A stretch of DNA of 50,694 nucleotides from Basidioascus undulatus (taxonomy: Eukaryota), in contig JTLS01000016.1 in the NCBI GenBank assembly GCA_000826855.1, positions 1 through 50,694 on the forward strand, written 5' to 3'. Every line of letters starts with the position of its first letter. The stretch's first letter is position 1. Under the pieces are notes generated by a model. It was given only the letters and a program-made list of their open reading frames with translations. It did no database searches and was not told the origin of the DNA. A program made the translations under genes and the position numbers. Shown one piece after another: positions 31,719 to 44,900 of the stretch.

Positions 31719-34700
31719 CTAGACTCTGCTCTTCTTGCGCTTCGAATAGAACGGCGCCAGAACCCTGTGGGAGATGTCAGTTACAATGTTATCAGTAGAC
31801 AAGCGCTGGCTGTTTCGAAACGTACTTGACTGCCTCCGGGAAGGTCTCCGCCACCTTGACCGACTCGCCGATCCATTTCGGCAGCTTTTCGGCGATGCGC
31901 GATGAAGCATAGCGCTTGTCGACGAGCTTTGAAAATGATTTGTCAGTAATGTACAGCTTGCATACGCGCAGTGTGCGTACTACCAATCCGGCCCAGTCAT
32001 TGGCGTGTCGAATCGCTCGACCTGCAGCGGTCTCGAACAATGAGCTTGGTGAACAAGGCGCGCACGGATATGCGATTGGGCGTGCCTATGCTCTGGTTCA
32101 CCTGCAAGGCAACGTTCTCGTTAGAGAGGTTTCGGCCAGATGGGTGCAGTGCACTCACGGCTCGCATGGTCTGATTTACAATCAGCTCAGCGCCCCTATC
32201 AGGACCCTTGCCGCCGTCGACTCGCATGCCGACAGCGCGGACGTATGCCTTCCGCTCCTCCAGAGAGGCTGACGGCGAGGCAAAGGGCAAGCCGACCATG
32301 ACCACCTGAGGGCGGACATTCAAAGGTTAGCCCAAAACTTTTCAGAAAGTGCGAGTCAACTTACGCATCGAGCGAGCTCGTTCGAAAAGTTGATACCCTC
32401 CGAAAGCTTGGCGCCAACGACAGCGAGTCTGAACATGAAGCTTTAGAGAAGGTACGAGATAGAGAATGTGTACGTTGCTCAACAGTAGCGCGCCGGTCTT
32501 CCGCATCGTGCCAGCTGGTTGGGTGACACTGGTTGTGCAACGAGCCCCCGCGATAGCTTCGGCGTACCGGTCAAGGGTAAGCTGTACAGCAGAAGTCTCC
32601 TTCGGTTCGCGGAAGATCTGTACATCCTTCATCAGCAAGACCAGCTCACGCATGATTGGTCAAACTATCATTGCGACTACACACCGTCTTCTTCTGGTCG
32701 AGGCGCGAGATCAGGCCAGTCGCGTTCCAGCGCTTTTCGACCTCGGCGAGGTAGCCGTAAGACGGGAAAAAGACAACGCAACCTGCTCGCGAATAACCGC
32801 CTTCATTAACTTCAAAGCAGGTCTAGCATCGTTTGGACGAAAGACACACCGTCGGGCGCAAGGTTGCAGAGGTTCTGCACTACTGCACCGAGCTCGTCCA
32901 TCTGAAAAGCCTGTCAGCATGGCTCGCGAAGTAAGAAATAGGCGGAAGCGACGGACGACGGCAGGCGAACTCCGCGTCTCGTAACGTAAGTCCACTGTTC
33001 AATGCACTCATATTGTCAGATACTTGAGATCGTTGCCGATACACGTAGGAAGTGGAAGGGTTACTTTCGACACCTTTCGGTCCTTTGCAAACAACGGTCC
33101 TGAGGGGGGCGCTGTCAACTCATTTTCTGCGATCAGATATGCCAAAACTCACGTCAACAAGTTCTCCGTTGGGATCACATGCGAGCATGACAATGTCGTG
33201 AAGCGTTCGAGTGGAAGTTCAGGCATGAGGAAGGTTCGAAAGTCGTTGATCTGCCTCCAGGAATTGGCATGCAGCGTCGACGCAGAAATCTAGTAGACCA
33301 GAACGTACCGGGTGCATCGTGCCGCCAGCCATAACTGCAGACCATGTTCAGTTCAGTGCGACGGACGGTCACAGAACGCTCACGTACTAACTGCACGCGC
33401 GTCATCAACGATCTGCTTGAAGTGGCTTGCGCCATTCAGAAGCTGATACGACAGTCGAACATCACCAGCGTCGTCTGCGTCGTCCAGCGAGACAAGCACC
33501 CGCCCATCATCGTCCGGATGGGCGAGAGAGACGAGGAACGCCTGGATCTGGTGCATCGCCCCGACTGCGGCTTGCGAAGCGGGCAGTCCATTCTTTCCTG
33601 CGGAGCCGTGCTGAGGCGCGCTTGCAGATGCGTCTTGCGCGAGCTTGTCCGCGAAGCCACTGATCTGGAAACCAATTCGCACTCAGCCTCAAACGACAAA
33701 GCGTCAGAGGTCATTCGGCCTGCGCACCTTCTGCGCGATCTTGCTCTCCCTCAGGTACTTCTCGACCGTCTCGAGGTTGATCGAGTCCGCGTTGCCCATC
33801 CCGGACAAAACCTCCGCAGGCTTGCACATCTCCTCCGGCTTCCCAGCCGAAGCGCTCCGAAGCTTCGACTGCCGGTCCTTGCAGAACTTCGCGAGCCCGG
33901 CGAGCACGCGAAGGAACAGCTTCAGCGAGACGGCGTGCGCGCCCGACAGCCGCTTGCCGTAGCGTGCGAGGTAAGCGGTAAGGTGCTGAGCTGCAGCGGA
34001 GACTTGTCGTAGTGTAATGGAGCAGGCGTGGACGGAGAGGATAGTCTACAACCCTATGTCAGCAACCGGTACATCCTACAGGTTTCCGCAGAGCGCACAT
34101 CGATCAAGTTGTGCGCCTCATCGATGATGACAATATCTGATTTTTTACAGCGAGTTCAGTCAGTTGAGCAGGTTGGCGGAACATGTGTTGGCGCTACGTA
34201 CGGTCTTTGAGGGAGATACCAAGCGACTCCCTTGCGCGAGAGGAAAGGAGGAGATTGTAGGGCAGAGTGCAGAGCTAGACAGTCTTTTTAGCTTCATTCT
34301 CTCCGGAGAAAGATGGTGCACGACCAACCTCAGCTTGCCTGACCGCTGCGCGAGATCCGTAGTAAGGGCAAACGTGCATGCGCCTTCCGAGATTCTCGAG
34401 ATCTTGGATGTCGTGGATCGACGCCTGCGATGTAGACTGTCAGCAGCAAGCGCAATACATACCCGCAAATGGGATGTACGAGTGCGTGGTCCCGAAAGTC
34501 GAGCGTCTTGCCCTGTTCGTCCTGTCCAGGCAGAAACTCACACCGCTTCTTTGAGCCTGTGACATCGGACGATCGCGTCAAATGTGGTTTCGCTTCCCAG
34601 CGCAGGTCGCACGCACCAGCTTTCCTCAGCTCTCTGCACCGCTCATTCAATCCCGCATCGCCGCCCGGCCCCTTGCGGACAGCGTCGTTGATGCAGAGGT

Positions 34701-35806
34701 TCTTGCGGGAGCCGAGCGGGACCGTGCGAGTATCCGATGAGAACGGCGTTTTGAGAATCTCCTCGGTGAACTGGGCGAGTTGGGAATGCGTGCGGGAGGT
34801 GTAGAATATCTGTGCAGGACAACCTATCTTAGTCCAAAACTATTTCCATAAAGTGGGAAATAAGAGAGACATGCCTTGGTGGTGTCGGGTTGGTCATCGA
34901 CGTCCTTGCCTGCCCAGCGATTCTTCCGCGCCGTGTCGAACCTGAACAGTATTTCGGTAGGGGCCTCTAAGCGTGTGAAAGTCGCTGACAACGTACTTCT
35001 GGATCATGGCCCTCGCTTCAGCGTTGATCGTATCGCCGTTCTCGGGCCCTTCGTCATCGTCGGGTAGGAAGGCGTCCCACCCGTCGTCGTCGTCCTCGCT
35101 CTCGTCGGAGTATTGGATTTTCTGAAGGGGTTCCGTAGCACATAGTCAGCGAATGGTCCCTGCACGACGCCGACGACTGTCCGCACCGGCTTTTTCTTTG
35201 ATCGCCCGGGACCGTCGCGAGACTGCCGTCGGATCTTTTCCTCCTTCTTGCGTATCTCCTCCAAGCGCTCGTCCATCTCGCGAACGGAGTCATCCTGAAG
35301 ACGCGGGTAATAAGCTTTGAGGTCTGTCGCTGAGTACCAGATGTCGACGTACAAGCTCTTGCTGCTTGATCTTGAGAGTATGCTCGAGCACCCAGGCGGG
35401 CTCGTTTGGGCCGGCCTCAGCGGTGAGCTGAGCTCGAAGTGCTTCGAGCGAAGCCTGCCTCGCCTGTAGTACATTTTGTCGGAGCTTCAGTATATAGCAG
35501 AGAGTCACTGATAACCCACGCACCCTCTTCGCATTGTCCCGAAGCCATGTCAAAGAGGAGACGATGAGCGAGAGCGACTTGCCCTGCGGCTGGGATCAGC
35601 CCACGTCTAGATTACGGTCCACCGGTCGATTTACGTACCGTCCCGGTCGGCGACTCCATTACAGCGACCTTTCCTTTTTCGCAAGCTTCGTACACGGCGC
35701 GCATGAGGTCGTTCTGGATCCCGTAGGGCGTGTACGGAAACGCCGCAAATTGCGATGGCGCCGCGAGCGGGATGAGCTCCGCGAGTTCTCGAGGAAGCTT
35801 GTCCAT
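31719..35806 (-). CDS. CHL1: Chl1/DDX11 Fe-S DNA helicase (XPD family), multi-exon
   Basis: [18 protein letters not shown] (Walker A), [25 protein letters not shown] (Fe-S ligands), [47 protein letters not shown]. Confidence 0.95.
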
Positions 35807-35923
35807 GATTCGGACGCGCGAACGATATCAGTGAGCAGGTAGGTAGTTAAGGGTGCGGGATGCGGTGAAAGAAGATGGATGGCGTGGAGAGATAGAGAAA
35901 TGAAGTGAAGATGAAGCGTTCGG

Positions 35924-35940
35924 ACGCGACCACGACGCGT
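35924..35940. promoter_or_regulatory. Tandem MCB-like elements (ACGCGA, ACGCGT) upstream of CHL1
   Basis: acgcgaccacgacgcgt about 120-135 bp upstream of the CHL1 ATG; MCB boxes are typical of fungal G1/S genes. Confidence 0.5.
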
Positions 35941-36390
35941 TTCGATCCAGCTGGTGTTGGCAGTACAGCGCCAAACAGCAGCGCACCTTTCACACCGAAG
36001 CGTGAAGCCTTGTTTTTATCATTCTGTCTGGGTAATAAATTTTACGCAGGCAGCAACTCAGCACGGTGGACTCTGTCCATGGCGTGAACTGAAGATGGCT
36101 GCGCTGTGTGCGTCGCACACAAGCCGCATACTGCCGCACCGCCGCATTCTGTATTTTTAGTCTTGATAAAGTTTCAAGAGCACGATTGGGTCCGAGAAGA
36201 CCCCGAAAAAAGGCAAGCCACGAAGCATGGCACTGGGTAGGTTGAGGCGAGCGAGAGGGGACGGCGTCGCGCGCTCCTCATCAACGGTCCTTCGCACCGT
36301 TACCTCATCAGCTCGCACCAGTTGCCTCTCACGCCCGGCCTACATTACAATCTTCCCGGCATCTTCTCCACGCCTCACTCGCCCCGCCCC

Positions 36391-37614
36391 ATGCTCGGTC
36401 TTGATTACGCCAACAGCGACTCGGAGGACGAGAGCGTCGCCCTCCCCGCCTCGGCCGCGCGTTCGCCCGCTCCAGGCGCGTCCGCCAAGGTGAGCTCTTG
36501 TTCCTTGCCTTGTCGCTGCAACCCAGCGGTTGTGTTCGCGGCCACATCCATCCCCCTTTTCGCTATCAATTGTCGCTTGAGCCGCAGGACCTGACGCCGA
36601 GCGTTGCCCCAGGACGACGTACGTCTTTTCACCCTGCTGGTCCTCCCCGATATTGCTCCTGAATGTGCTCACTTTGTCTCCCTTTCTTCATGCAGCTACA
36701 CCGCGCCCTCCTGCTGCGATAGCCTTGTCCGCCAAACCCTCCCCAAAATCCCTACCGCCCGACATCGTCCGTCGCCCTCCGCCCTCGAAACCCGCACCTG
36801 CCGCGCCCAAGCGTCCAGCTTCACCGTCTCCGCCCGCCCTCCCAACGAATGACGTGCCGTCGCCGCTCGATGCGTCCGACGAGGCTTGGGCCAGGCCGAG
36901 CGAGCAGGACGAACTGCGCGCAGCGATGAGGCCCCCGCCCTTGGGCGGCAAGACGTCGTGGCCTGTGCCCCCGCCTCCCCCGGGCCCGGTGGACCCGGAT
37001 ATTGAGGTACGCGGCCTTTTTCAAGTCAAACAGCGCTGGCTACAGCGGTTACTGAATGTAACGGGTCGCAACAGGGGAAGGTCAAGAAGTTCCACGAATT
37101 GAAACGCCAAAGCGTGCACTTCAACGACAAGCTCATGAGCAGTCACGCCTTCCGCAACCCGCACATCGGCTCCAAACTCGTAGAGTGGGTCGACATCGAC
37201 GAGACGGCCACCAACTTTTCGGCTTCCGTTTGGGATCCTCACGCGTTCGGGCCGCACTACTACGCATCGGCAATCGGTGCCTCCTTCATTCCATATCACG
37301 CCCTCGTTCAAGTGCTCAATCCCGCGCTTTTCCGTTCAGCCGATTTGCAGAAGCAGCGCTCTGAAGAGCGCAACGCTGCGCAAGCCGCCGGCAAGCGTTC
37401 CGCAATAAGCTTCACGTCTTCCGCGTCCTCTTCGCGCGAGCCCCTGCCGCGAGCGGCGCAGCAAGAGCGCGTCCGCGAGTCGCTTGCGAGGCGAGACTCG
37501 GCGAGCGATCGGGGGCATGACAGGCAGGGTGGAGTTTCGGAGCGGGATCGCGGACGTGGAGGCGATGACCGGCAACGGAAACGCAGTCGGTGGGACTCGG
37601 ACGCGAGACGTTAA
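36391..37614 (+). CDS. HCNGP/SAP30BP-like protein
   Basis: MLGLDYANSDSEDE start; [61 protein letters not shown]; C-terminal RKRSRWD. Confidence 0.88.
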
Positions 37615-37727
37615 GATGCATTACCTTGGACACCTTGGACTTGTTAGACGAGCAGAGTGCAAGCGTGCTGCGCGGAAAGACGACGAGGCAAATCAAGAAT
37701 ACAACATGAATAGCCAGAAGTGTGACG

Positions 37728-39128
37728 TTAAGCTGCCGCCCCCTCCTCTTCCCTCTCTTCCTGCTCCCGTATCTCTCTAGCCAACCGCTCTCGCTCTCGC
37801 AACCTCATCAGCGTAGCCGCCTCGTAATCAACACCGGGCGCTTTAGGAGCTGGCGGCGCGGAGAACGACGGCGCTGTGGACTGCGATGGTACACGAAGAA
37901 GTCAGCTGCGTGCCATGGAGGGGGCGAGAGATCGAAGTATGAGAACGCACGAAGCTTGTGGGGAAGGAAGAGAAGGTAAAGGACTTGGTGTTCCCCCCTT
38001 CTCCACCCGCCGCTGTCGCCGGCGCAGGTGACGGCGTCCACCCCTTCGTGTCGAGCTTGCCCTCCGCTCGGAGCCGCTTCACCGCTTCGGGCTCGTCCCC
38101 ACCCGCCCAACGAACTCCCACGTCCTCCAACACGCCACCCTGGCGCCCAGCGGCCTCGACTGCGGCGAACGCGCCTAGGATAGTCTTGAACGCCACAACA
38201 GCAGTGATGTTTTTGGGCGGCTTGCCAGAGGCGGACTTGGCCGAGACGAAGATTGAGTCGGTCTCGCCGAAAGGCGAGAGCGCAGCGGAGAGTGCGTCTG
38301 ATTCGGTCCAGGTTGGTTGGGATTTGCGCGGCCATTTCAGGCGCACGGTGGTATCTAGGGGACCTGTAAGGATAGGAGTCAGTTGGAACTCATCATCGCC
38401 AGCCGTGGTTCCCAACTCACCATCCGGCCCATCGACTTTTGCCTCCGTGCTCGCCGTCCTCCCCGCCTTTCCCTCCCTCCTAGCCAGCTCCTCCCGCTCC
38501 CTCAACGCCTTCTCCTTCTCCGCCATGAGCCTCTGCGTCTCCGCCTTGATACGCTCAAACTCGTTCTTCCTATCCCGCTCGTCCTGCGCAGCCTCCTTGC
38601 GCTGGCGCTTGAACTGGCGTTCGCGCTCCTCGAGCTCGGTTTGTAGATCGCGGCGTTTGGCGTCGTACGACGCGAAGCGGGCAGCGCGCGCGGCCTTCGC
38701 TTTCGCGGCCTCTGCGAGAGCCTCGCGCTTGGCGGGGTCGGTGAGGATCTCGAGCGCGCGCCTGAGTTGGTGGAATTCGTGTGCTGTTCGAAGGAACATG
38801 CGGTTAGCAGAAGCCACGTAGTGTAGAGGAACGATGCACGGACCAGCATTAGGATTATCAGGATTCTGTAAAGCAGGCGGTCAGCGCAGGTTCGGTGGGT
38901 GGAAACGGTGGAAACCCGCATGGTGTTGGACGTACGCGATCCGGGTGGATCTTGAGACTGCGCTTACGCTGTGGGAGAGGAGATACGGTGGATCAGAACT
39001 GCTGGGGCTACAAAGAGCAGACCAAGAGGACGCGGACGCACATATGCAGTCTGGATCTCGGCCTCAGAGGCCTCGGCGGTGACGCCGAGCAAGGCATAGC
39101 AATCGATCTCCTCCTCCTTGTCGGCCAT
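37728..39128 (-). CDS. CWC23: Cwc23/DNAJC17 spliceosomal J-domain protein
   Basis: DCYALLGV...AYRKRSLKIHPDRNPDNP (HPD motif), coiled coil RRDLQTELEERERQF, RRM-like TTVRLKW...AVVAFK, tail DYEAATLMRLRERERL. Confidence 0.9.
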
Positions 39129-39341
39129 GCTGATGCGTGCTCAATGTGTGGGACTGTGAAAGCCGATTCGCCCTGCAGAGACGGACGCGAGCGAGCGAGA
39201 TGGTGGCGGAGAGAGAGGGAGCAGATGCGAGGACGGGCGACGACTTGAGCGTGCGACTTGACTCGCACCGTCGTCTTCTCGCTTGCCTTCTCGCTTGCCT
39301 CGCCCCTTCATCGGGCTCCCTTTTGTACCCTCGTACTCGCG

Positions 39342-41083
39342 ATGATCTACTTTCGCACTCCGATTCGTCCATCCCTCTCGCGCACCTCGGCGCTGAGCGC
39401 GCGAACGCGGGCGCTGTCGAATCTGCCCCGCACAATCCGCCAAGTGCTCGCCTCGAGCACCGACGAGCCCGTCACCGTCCATGGCTGGGTCCGCTCGGTA
39501 CGCCGACAGAAGCGTATCACCTTTGCCGAGGTGAACGACGGCTCCACTGCCAAAGGCATCCAGGCCGTCATCAGCCCCCAGCTGGCTGCTCGGTGAGCTG
39601 GTCTCGTCTCCCTGCGACTTTCGCAGTCTGCGCTGACATCGAGGTAAACCACATTGGACTGATAGGTTGACCACTGGCGCGAGCGTGAAGCTTCAGGGAA
39701 TCCTCATCGACAGTCCCGGCGCCGGGCAGGCGAAGGAGGTCAAGGTGGAGAGCGTTCAAGTACTGGGGGGGTGCGATCCTGAGGTGCGTAGATGCTCGCT
39801 TTCGTCGGGTATCATACAGCCTGTTGAAAGTCTCCTCCAGACATACCCGATGCAGAAGAAGGATCATAGCCCAGAGTTCTTGCGCGACCACGCTCATCTG
39901 CGCTCTCGAACGGCCACGACTTCAGCTGTCCTCCGAGTCCGCGATTCTCTCGCCAGACATACTCACGACTGGTTTAAGGTAGATATTATTGCAAAATCGC
40001 GCGCAGGAACCCTCAGTGACCTTCTTCGCTACTATACAGGCCAACGACTTTCTTCAGGTCCAGACGCCCGTCCTCACGTCGAGTGACTGCGAAGGCGCAG
40101 GCGAAGTCTTCCTCGTCGATCGAGCGCAGTCCACCGATCCTTCCTCGGATGCGTCGCACTCGCCGCCATCATCATCGAACGTCCCCCTCACCTCGGCTCC
40201 AAGCGCTAGCGCTTCGCTCTCGCATCCTTCGTCCTCGTCGCATTTGTCTGCCACAGAGCCCTTCTTCTCGACGCCGACGTATCTCACCGTCTCGTCACAA
40301 CTCCATCTCGAGTCGTTCGCCTCTGCGATCGGTCGTGTTTACACTCTGTCCCCCACTTTCCGTGCCGAGCCTTCTCAAACGTCGCGCCACCTTGCCGAGT
40401 TCTGGATGCTCGAAGCGGAGACCGCCTTTGTCGGAGATCTCGAGGGAGTCATGAGCATCGCCGAGGCCTCGATCAAGGCGGCGTTGCGAGGCGTGCTGGA
40501 TTCTTGCCCGGATGACCTGCACGTCTTAGGGCGCGACTCGGACCTCATCGATCGTCTCACGTCGGCGGTTTCCTCGACGTGGCCTCGCATGTCCTACAGC
40601 GCCGCGATCGAGCATCTCTCCGCTCAGCACGCGCGCACGCCGTTCACCTATCCGCCGACCTGGGGCGCATCGCTGCAGTCGGAGCACGAGAAGTGGCTAG
40701 CGGGTACCTTCGTCAGTGGCCCTGTCTTCATCACCGACTACCCATCGTCCCAGAAGCCGTTCTACATGCGCGCGAATGCCCCCAATCCCTCGGATCCTTC
40801 CCGAGAGAGCGTGGCGTGCTTCGACCTTCTCGTTCCGCGACTCGGCGAGCTCGCGGGCGGATCACTTCGCGAGGAGCGATTGGAGCTGCTCGAGCAGCGG
40901 ATGGATTCGGCGGGGCTGAAGCGGGAGGATTACCGATGGTATACAGACTTGAGACGGTTTGGAGGCGCACCGCACGGCGGGTATGGGATGGGTTGGGAGC
41001 GTTTCCTGAGCTGGGTGACTGGGGTGGAGAACGTACGGGATGTGGTTGTTTTTCCCAGGTGGGCAGGCCGGTGCCACTTCTAA
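39342..41083 (+). CDS. SLM5: Mitochondrial asparaginyl-tRNA synthetase
   Basis: R/S-rich presequence, OB fold VHGWVRSVRRQK...VNDGS, TSSDCEGAGEVF, YLTVSSQLHLE, FRAEPSQTSRHLAEFWMLE, GGSLREER, PHGGYGMGWER. Confidence 0.95.
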
Positions 41084-41615
41084 AGCTGGACTTTGCACAT
41101 CTTGCATCGCATCACATCGCATCGCACACCTCACCTCTTTTAACTGCCGTCTCGAGTTGCTTCTACCCTTGTTTGCAATGCGTTCTGCCTGTTGAGGTTA
41201 CTTCATCGTTGAAGGGCCTCCGTCCGTGAGCGTGACATGTGACAGCGGGCAGCCTTCAATTGCGCTTTCGCTCTTTTCGACGCCGCCTCCCGGACCACAT
41301 GAGTGATTCATTTCTCGTGTTCCTGCTAACCTTAGTCAACAAAGATGGTACTTTCCTGTTGAACCGCACAAAGACAGCAAGTCTGAAACAAAGACCACGC
41401 GGCACTACACGTGATTGCTCCGCATCTCTCCGGCCTAAGAGCTCGCGTTGACCTCTCACCTCGAAACCGGCGTTCACCATCCAATTTCGCTGTTTGACTT
41501 GGCTATCTCAAATCTGTACTGACCCTTGTGCGCTCATTCGTACTGCGCAAGCTGTGTTTGATTCCTTCGCTCGACTGAACTCAAGCTTGCCAGGCCACCC
41601 TCCGCCGCTCCGTCA

Positions 41616-41660
41616 CCTCGAGCTCGCTTCGCCTCGAGCTCGCTTCGCCTCGAGTTCGCT
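41616..41660 (+). repeat. Short tandem repeat (16-bp unit cctcgagctcgcttcg, nearly 3 copies) upstream of FAB1
   Basis: cctcgagctcgcttcg cctcgagctcgcttcg cctcgagttcgct read directly. Confidence 0.75.
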
Positions 41661-41916
41661 GGCGGTGCTCTTGGGGTGGGACTCGTTGGCGTCTAGATCG
41701 CCGTAGGGGATTTCTGGGACTGTTGACAGTTCAGGTGAGCTGCATAACTATCTGCAAGTAGGAGTTGTTTGCAGCGTAGGACTAGGCGTGTGGGCGTGAG
41801 CCCTTCGTGCCGCATACCGCTTCTCCGGCGCCCATTTCGGGACTCACATGCCGTTGCATTGCAAATCAATATTCTGAACATACTGACATCAGTCCTTCAG
41901 TTACTCGGCTCCCAGC

Positions 41917-44900
41917 ATGGAACCTGTGCGCCCAGCCCCCAGCGGCGATGGCGCGAGCAGCGTCGCCCAGAGGCATGCCTCTCACGAGCTGACGACGCAC
42001 AATCCTTTCGAGGAGGACGAAGGTGCCGGCCTCGTTTCTCGTATCTACTCGCGCGTCCGTTCCAGCTTCGGCCCCAGCCAAGCGCCAGTCCCACCCCTTC
42101 CGCCGCCTGCCCCTTCCGCCTCCGCCGACGCTGACCCCCCCGCCGCCGAGTCGCGACCAGCGCCCTCGGCGCCTGTGACCGTCCCCGGCGCGACGCGAGC
42201 TACGCTACTTCCTCGACGCGCGAGTAGAAGCGGCGAAGGTTCCGCGCTCTCTTCTGCGCTGTCCACACCTCTGTCATTTCCAACCCACTACTTCCCTGCC
42301 TCTGCCGCGCCGCCCCTCGTCTCCCTTACCCCGGCCGTCATATCCTCTTCGGTATCCTCTTCGCCGAGCGAGCTCTATCGTCCATCCTCTCGACAAGGCC
42401 GGTCTTCTCTCGATGATTTTCAAGCGCCCGGCTTCATCCCCGGCTTTCCGATTCCCGACGATGCCCGCTCCGTGCACACCGCGTCGAGCGTGCCCAAGGC
42501 GAGCGCGGGAAACGTGGTGAAGCTCATGAAGCGTATGAGGGGAGACGGCCTGAGTCGAGATTACTGGCAAGATGACGACAAGTACGTTCGTCCGCTCCGG
42601 AGCACTGAGCAGTCGGCCCTCACGAAAAACGGCGCTCACGATAATCACACAGGTGTCACGAGTGCTACAAATGCAGAGGAGCGTTTGGCGTGTGGAGACG
42701 AAAGCAGTACGTTGCTTATCCGACTCGGCGTAGACGTTGGAGGTTTGAATGAAGCACCAATTCATTGACGCTTCTCCTCTAGTCACTGCAGGATATGCGG
42801 TAGCTTGTTTTGTGCTCTGATTGCTGTACAGTACCAGTTTGATTGATGATGTATAGCAGGCCTCATCTTTTGTTCTCGATGCGCGTCAACTGTCGTCCCC
42901 GGATCGCGCTTCGGGCACGATGGTTCGGTTCGCGCATGCGACCTGTGCGCGATCTCTTCCTTGCTCTCTCATCCCGCACTTCTTTATGCTCATCTCAAGT
43001 TTTCCAGCTGTGTACTACGTATGGACGAGGGGGACGACGACGACGACCGACGCTCTGTGGCCTCAGCCTCTTCGCCCTTTCCCCCGCTCATGTACGGCCG
43101 CGGCGACCCTTCCAACGAGCCGCATCCCCATTCCCAATTTGCCGCATCGCAGCTTTTCCCCGCCATGCGGGCGATTCAGGAGCACTTGCCGGTCGACGAC
43201 TTTCCCTCGCGTCCGCAGACGCCCAGCGAAGGCCCGCATCTTTCCGAATCGTTACGCCGCTCGCAGTTCCTCCCCGACACAAGCTCCTGGCTGGTCGGCA
43301 GTCGCAGGCCGTCGGCGTCGGTAGGCGCATCGGCCCCGTTTCGACGAGCGCTCGGCGAGGGGGATGCCGAAGCGGCTGCAGTCTCGCCTGTCCTTCCTCC
43401 CGGCGAGCTCGCGATCGACCCCGCCCTCGCCCGCTACGTTGGTAGCGCGTCGCCCGAGCGACCGCAGGCGCCTGGATTGCCGGTCACTTCGAAGGACGCG
43501 CACCCCACCGTCGCGCTTACCTCCGCGACCGGCCGCGGACGAACCTCGCGCACCGGCTATTGCGATGTTCACTTCCCGACCGTCGGCGACAGCAGCGACC
43601 AAAGCGACGAGGAGCATCCGAGCTTCGTCCCGCTCCGCTCACGTGTTTCATCAAGGGTGACCGACTCGCCAAGCCAGCTCGGCACGCAGTCGGACAGCTC
43701 GGGATGGAAAACTCGCAGGCCGTCCTTCAACGCGTGAGTCATCAGATTCGGCTTCCCCAGATTTGTCGACTCAACCATAGATCCTATACTTTTATCCTCC
43801 AGGCCGCAGCAGTTCACGCCGGAGGAAGACCTTAACGAGGCGTCGCTCGATCACCTCTCACGCATGCTTCGCCAATGTCTGGAACGAGCCGGCGTTCCCG
43901 ACCCGGCGCGCTGGGAGCCGCACTTGCTCCCACTGCTCCTGAAGGTCGCGCGGCATCTTCGGCCGCACATGAAGGATGGCCCCGACGTCCCGGACGTCCG
44001 TAACTACGTCAAGGTCAAGAAGATCCCCGGCGGACGACCGCGCGACTGCGAGTACGTCGACGGAGTCGTCATCACCAAGAATCTGGCGCACAAGCACATG
44101 CCGCGTCACGTCCATCGGCCGCGCATCCTCCTCCTCACCTTCCCGCTCGACTTTTTCCCGCTCGACTACCACCAAACGGAGAACCAGCTCATGAGCCTCG
44201 ACCCGCTCCTCTCGTCCGAGAAGAACTACCTGCGGACCCTCGTCCAGCGCATCGCCGCGCAGCACCCGCATCTCGTGCTCGCGGAACACTCGGTCTCGCG
44301 CCTCGCGCTCGACTACCTCAACGAGGCAAAGATCGCGGTCGCGCGAAACGTCAAAGCGCGCTCGATCAACGTCATCAGCAGGTGCACGCAGGGCGAGATC
44401 ATCGGCGGCATGGACAAGCTCGCTCTCAACCCCGTCCTCGGCCAATGCCGCGACTTCCGTGTCCAGACGTACGAGCACGCTTTCATCCCCGGCCGTCGCA
44501 AAACCTTCATGCGATTCGAAGGGTGCGAACGCGCCCGCGGCTGCACGCTCGTGCTGCGCGGAGGCGACCTCGAGCTACTCAAACGCGTCAAGGAAGTGAT
44601 GAACCTCCTCGTCTTCGTCGTCTACAATCTCAAGCTCGAAAGCGCGCTCCTCCGCGACGAGTACGCATCGGCGATCAGGCCGCTGAGAGTCGGTCCGCCG
44701 TTCATCGGACCGTCGCCGCTAGAGCTCGGCACGCCGCCTATCACGCCGCCCCCCGAGGGCGTGGAGCACGGCAACGACCTCGACGAGAAGGAGCGTGCAG
44801 CTCTCTCCGCCCGCATCCAACGCTCGCTCTTGCCGTTCCGACACGCCATCCTCACGTCGTCCGCCTCTGTCGAGTTCCCTCCGCCTTGGGACATCCGACG

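Noticed and set aside
37958..38821. Long antisense ORFs (for example 37958-38821, 30039-31010, 4417-5346, 47470-48087)
   Set aside because: Shadows of GC-rich coding exons on the opposite strand, with no independent motifs.
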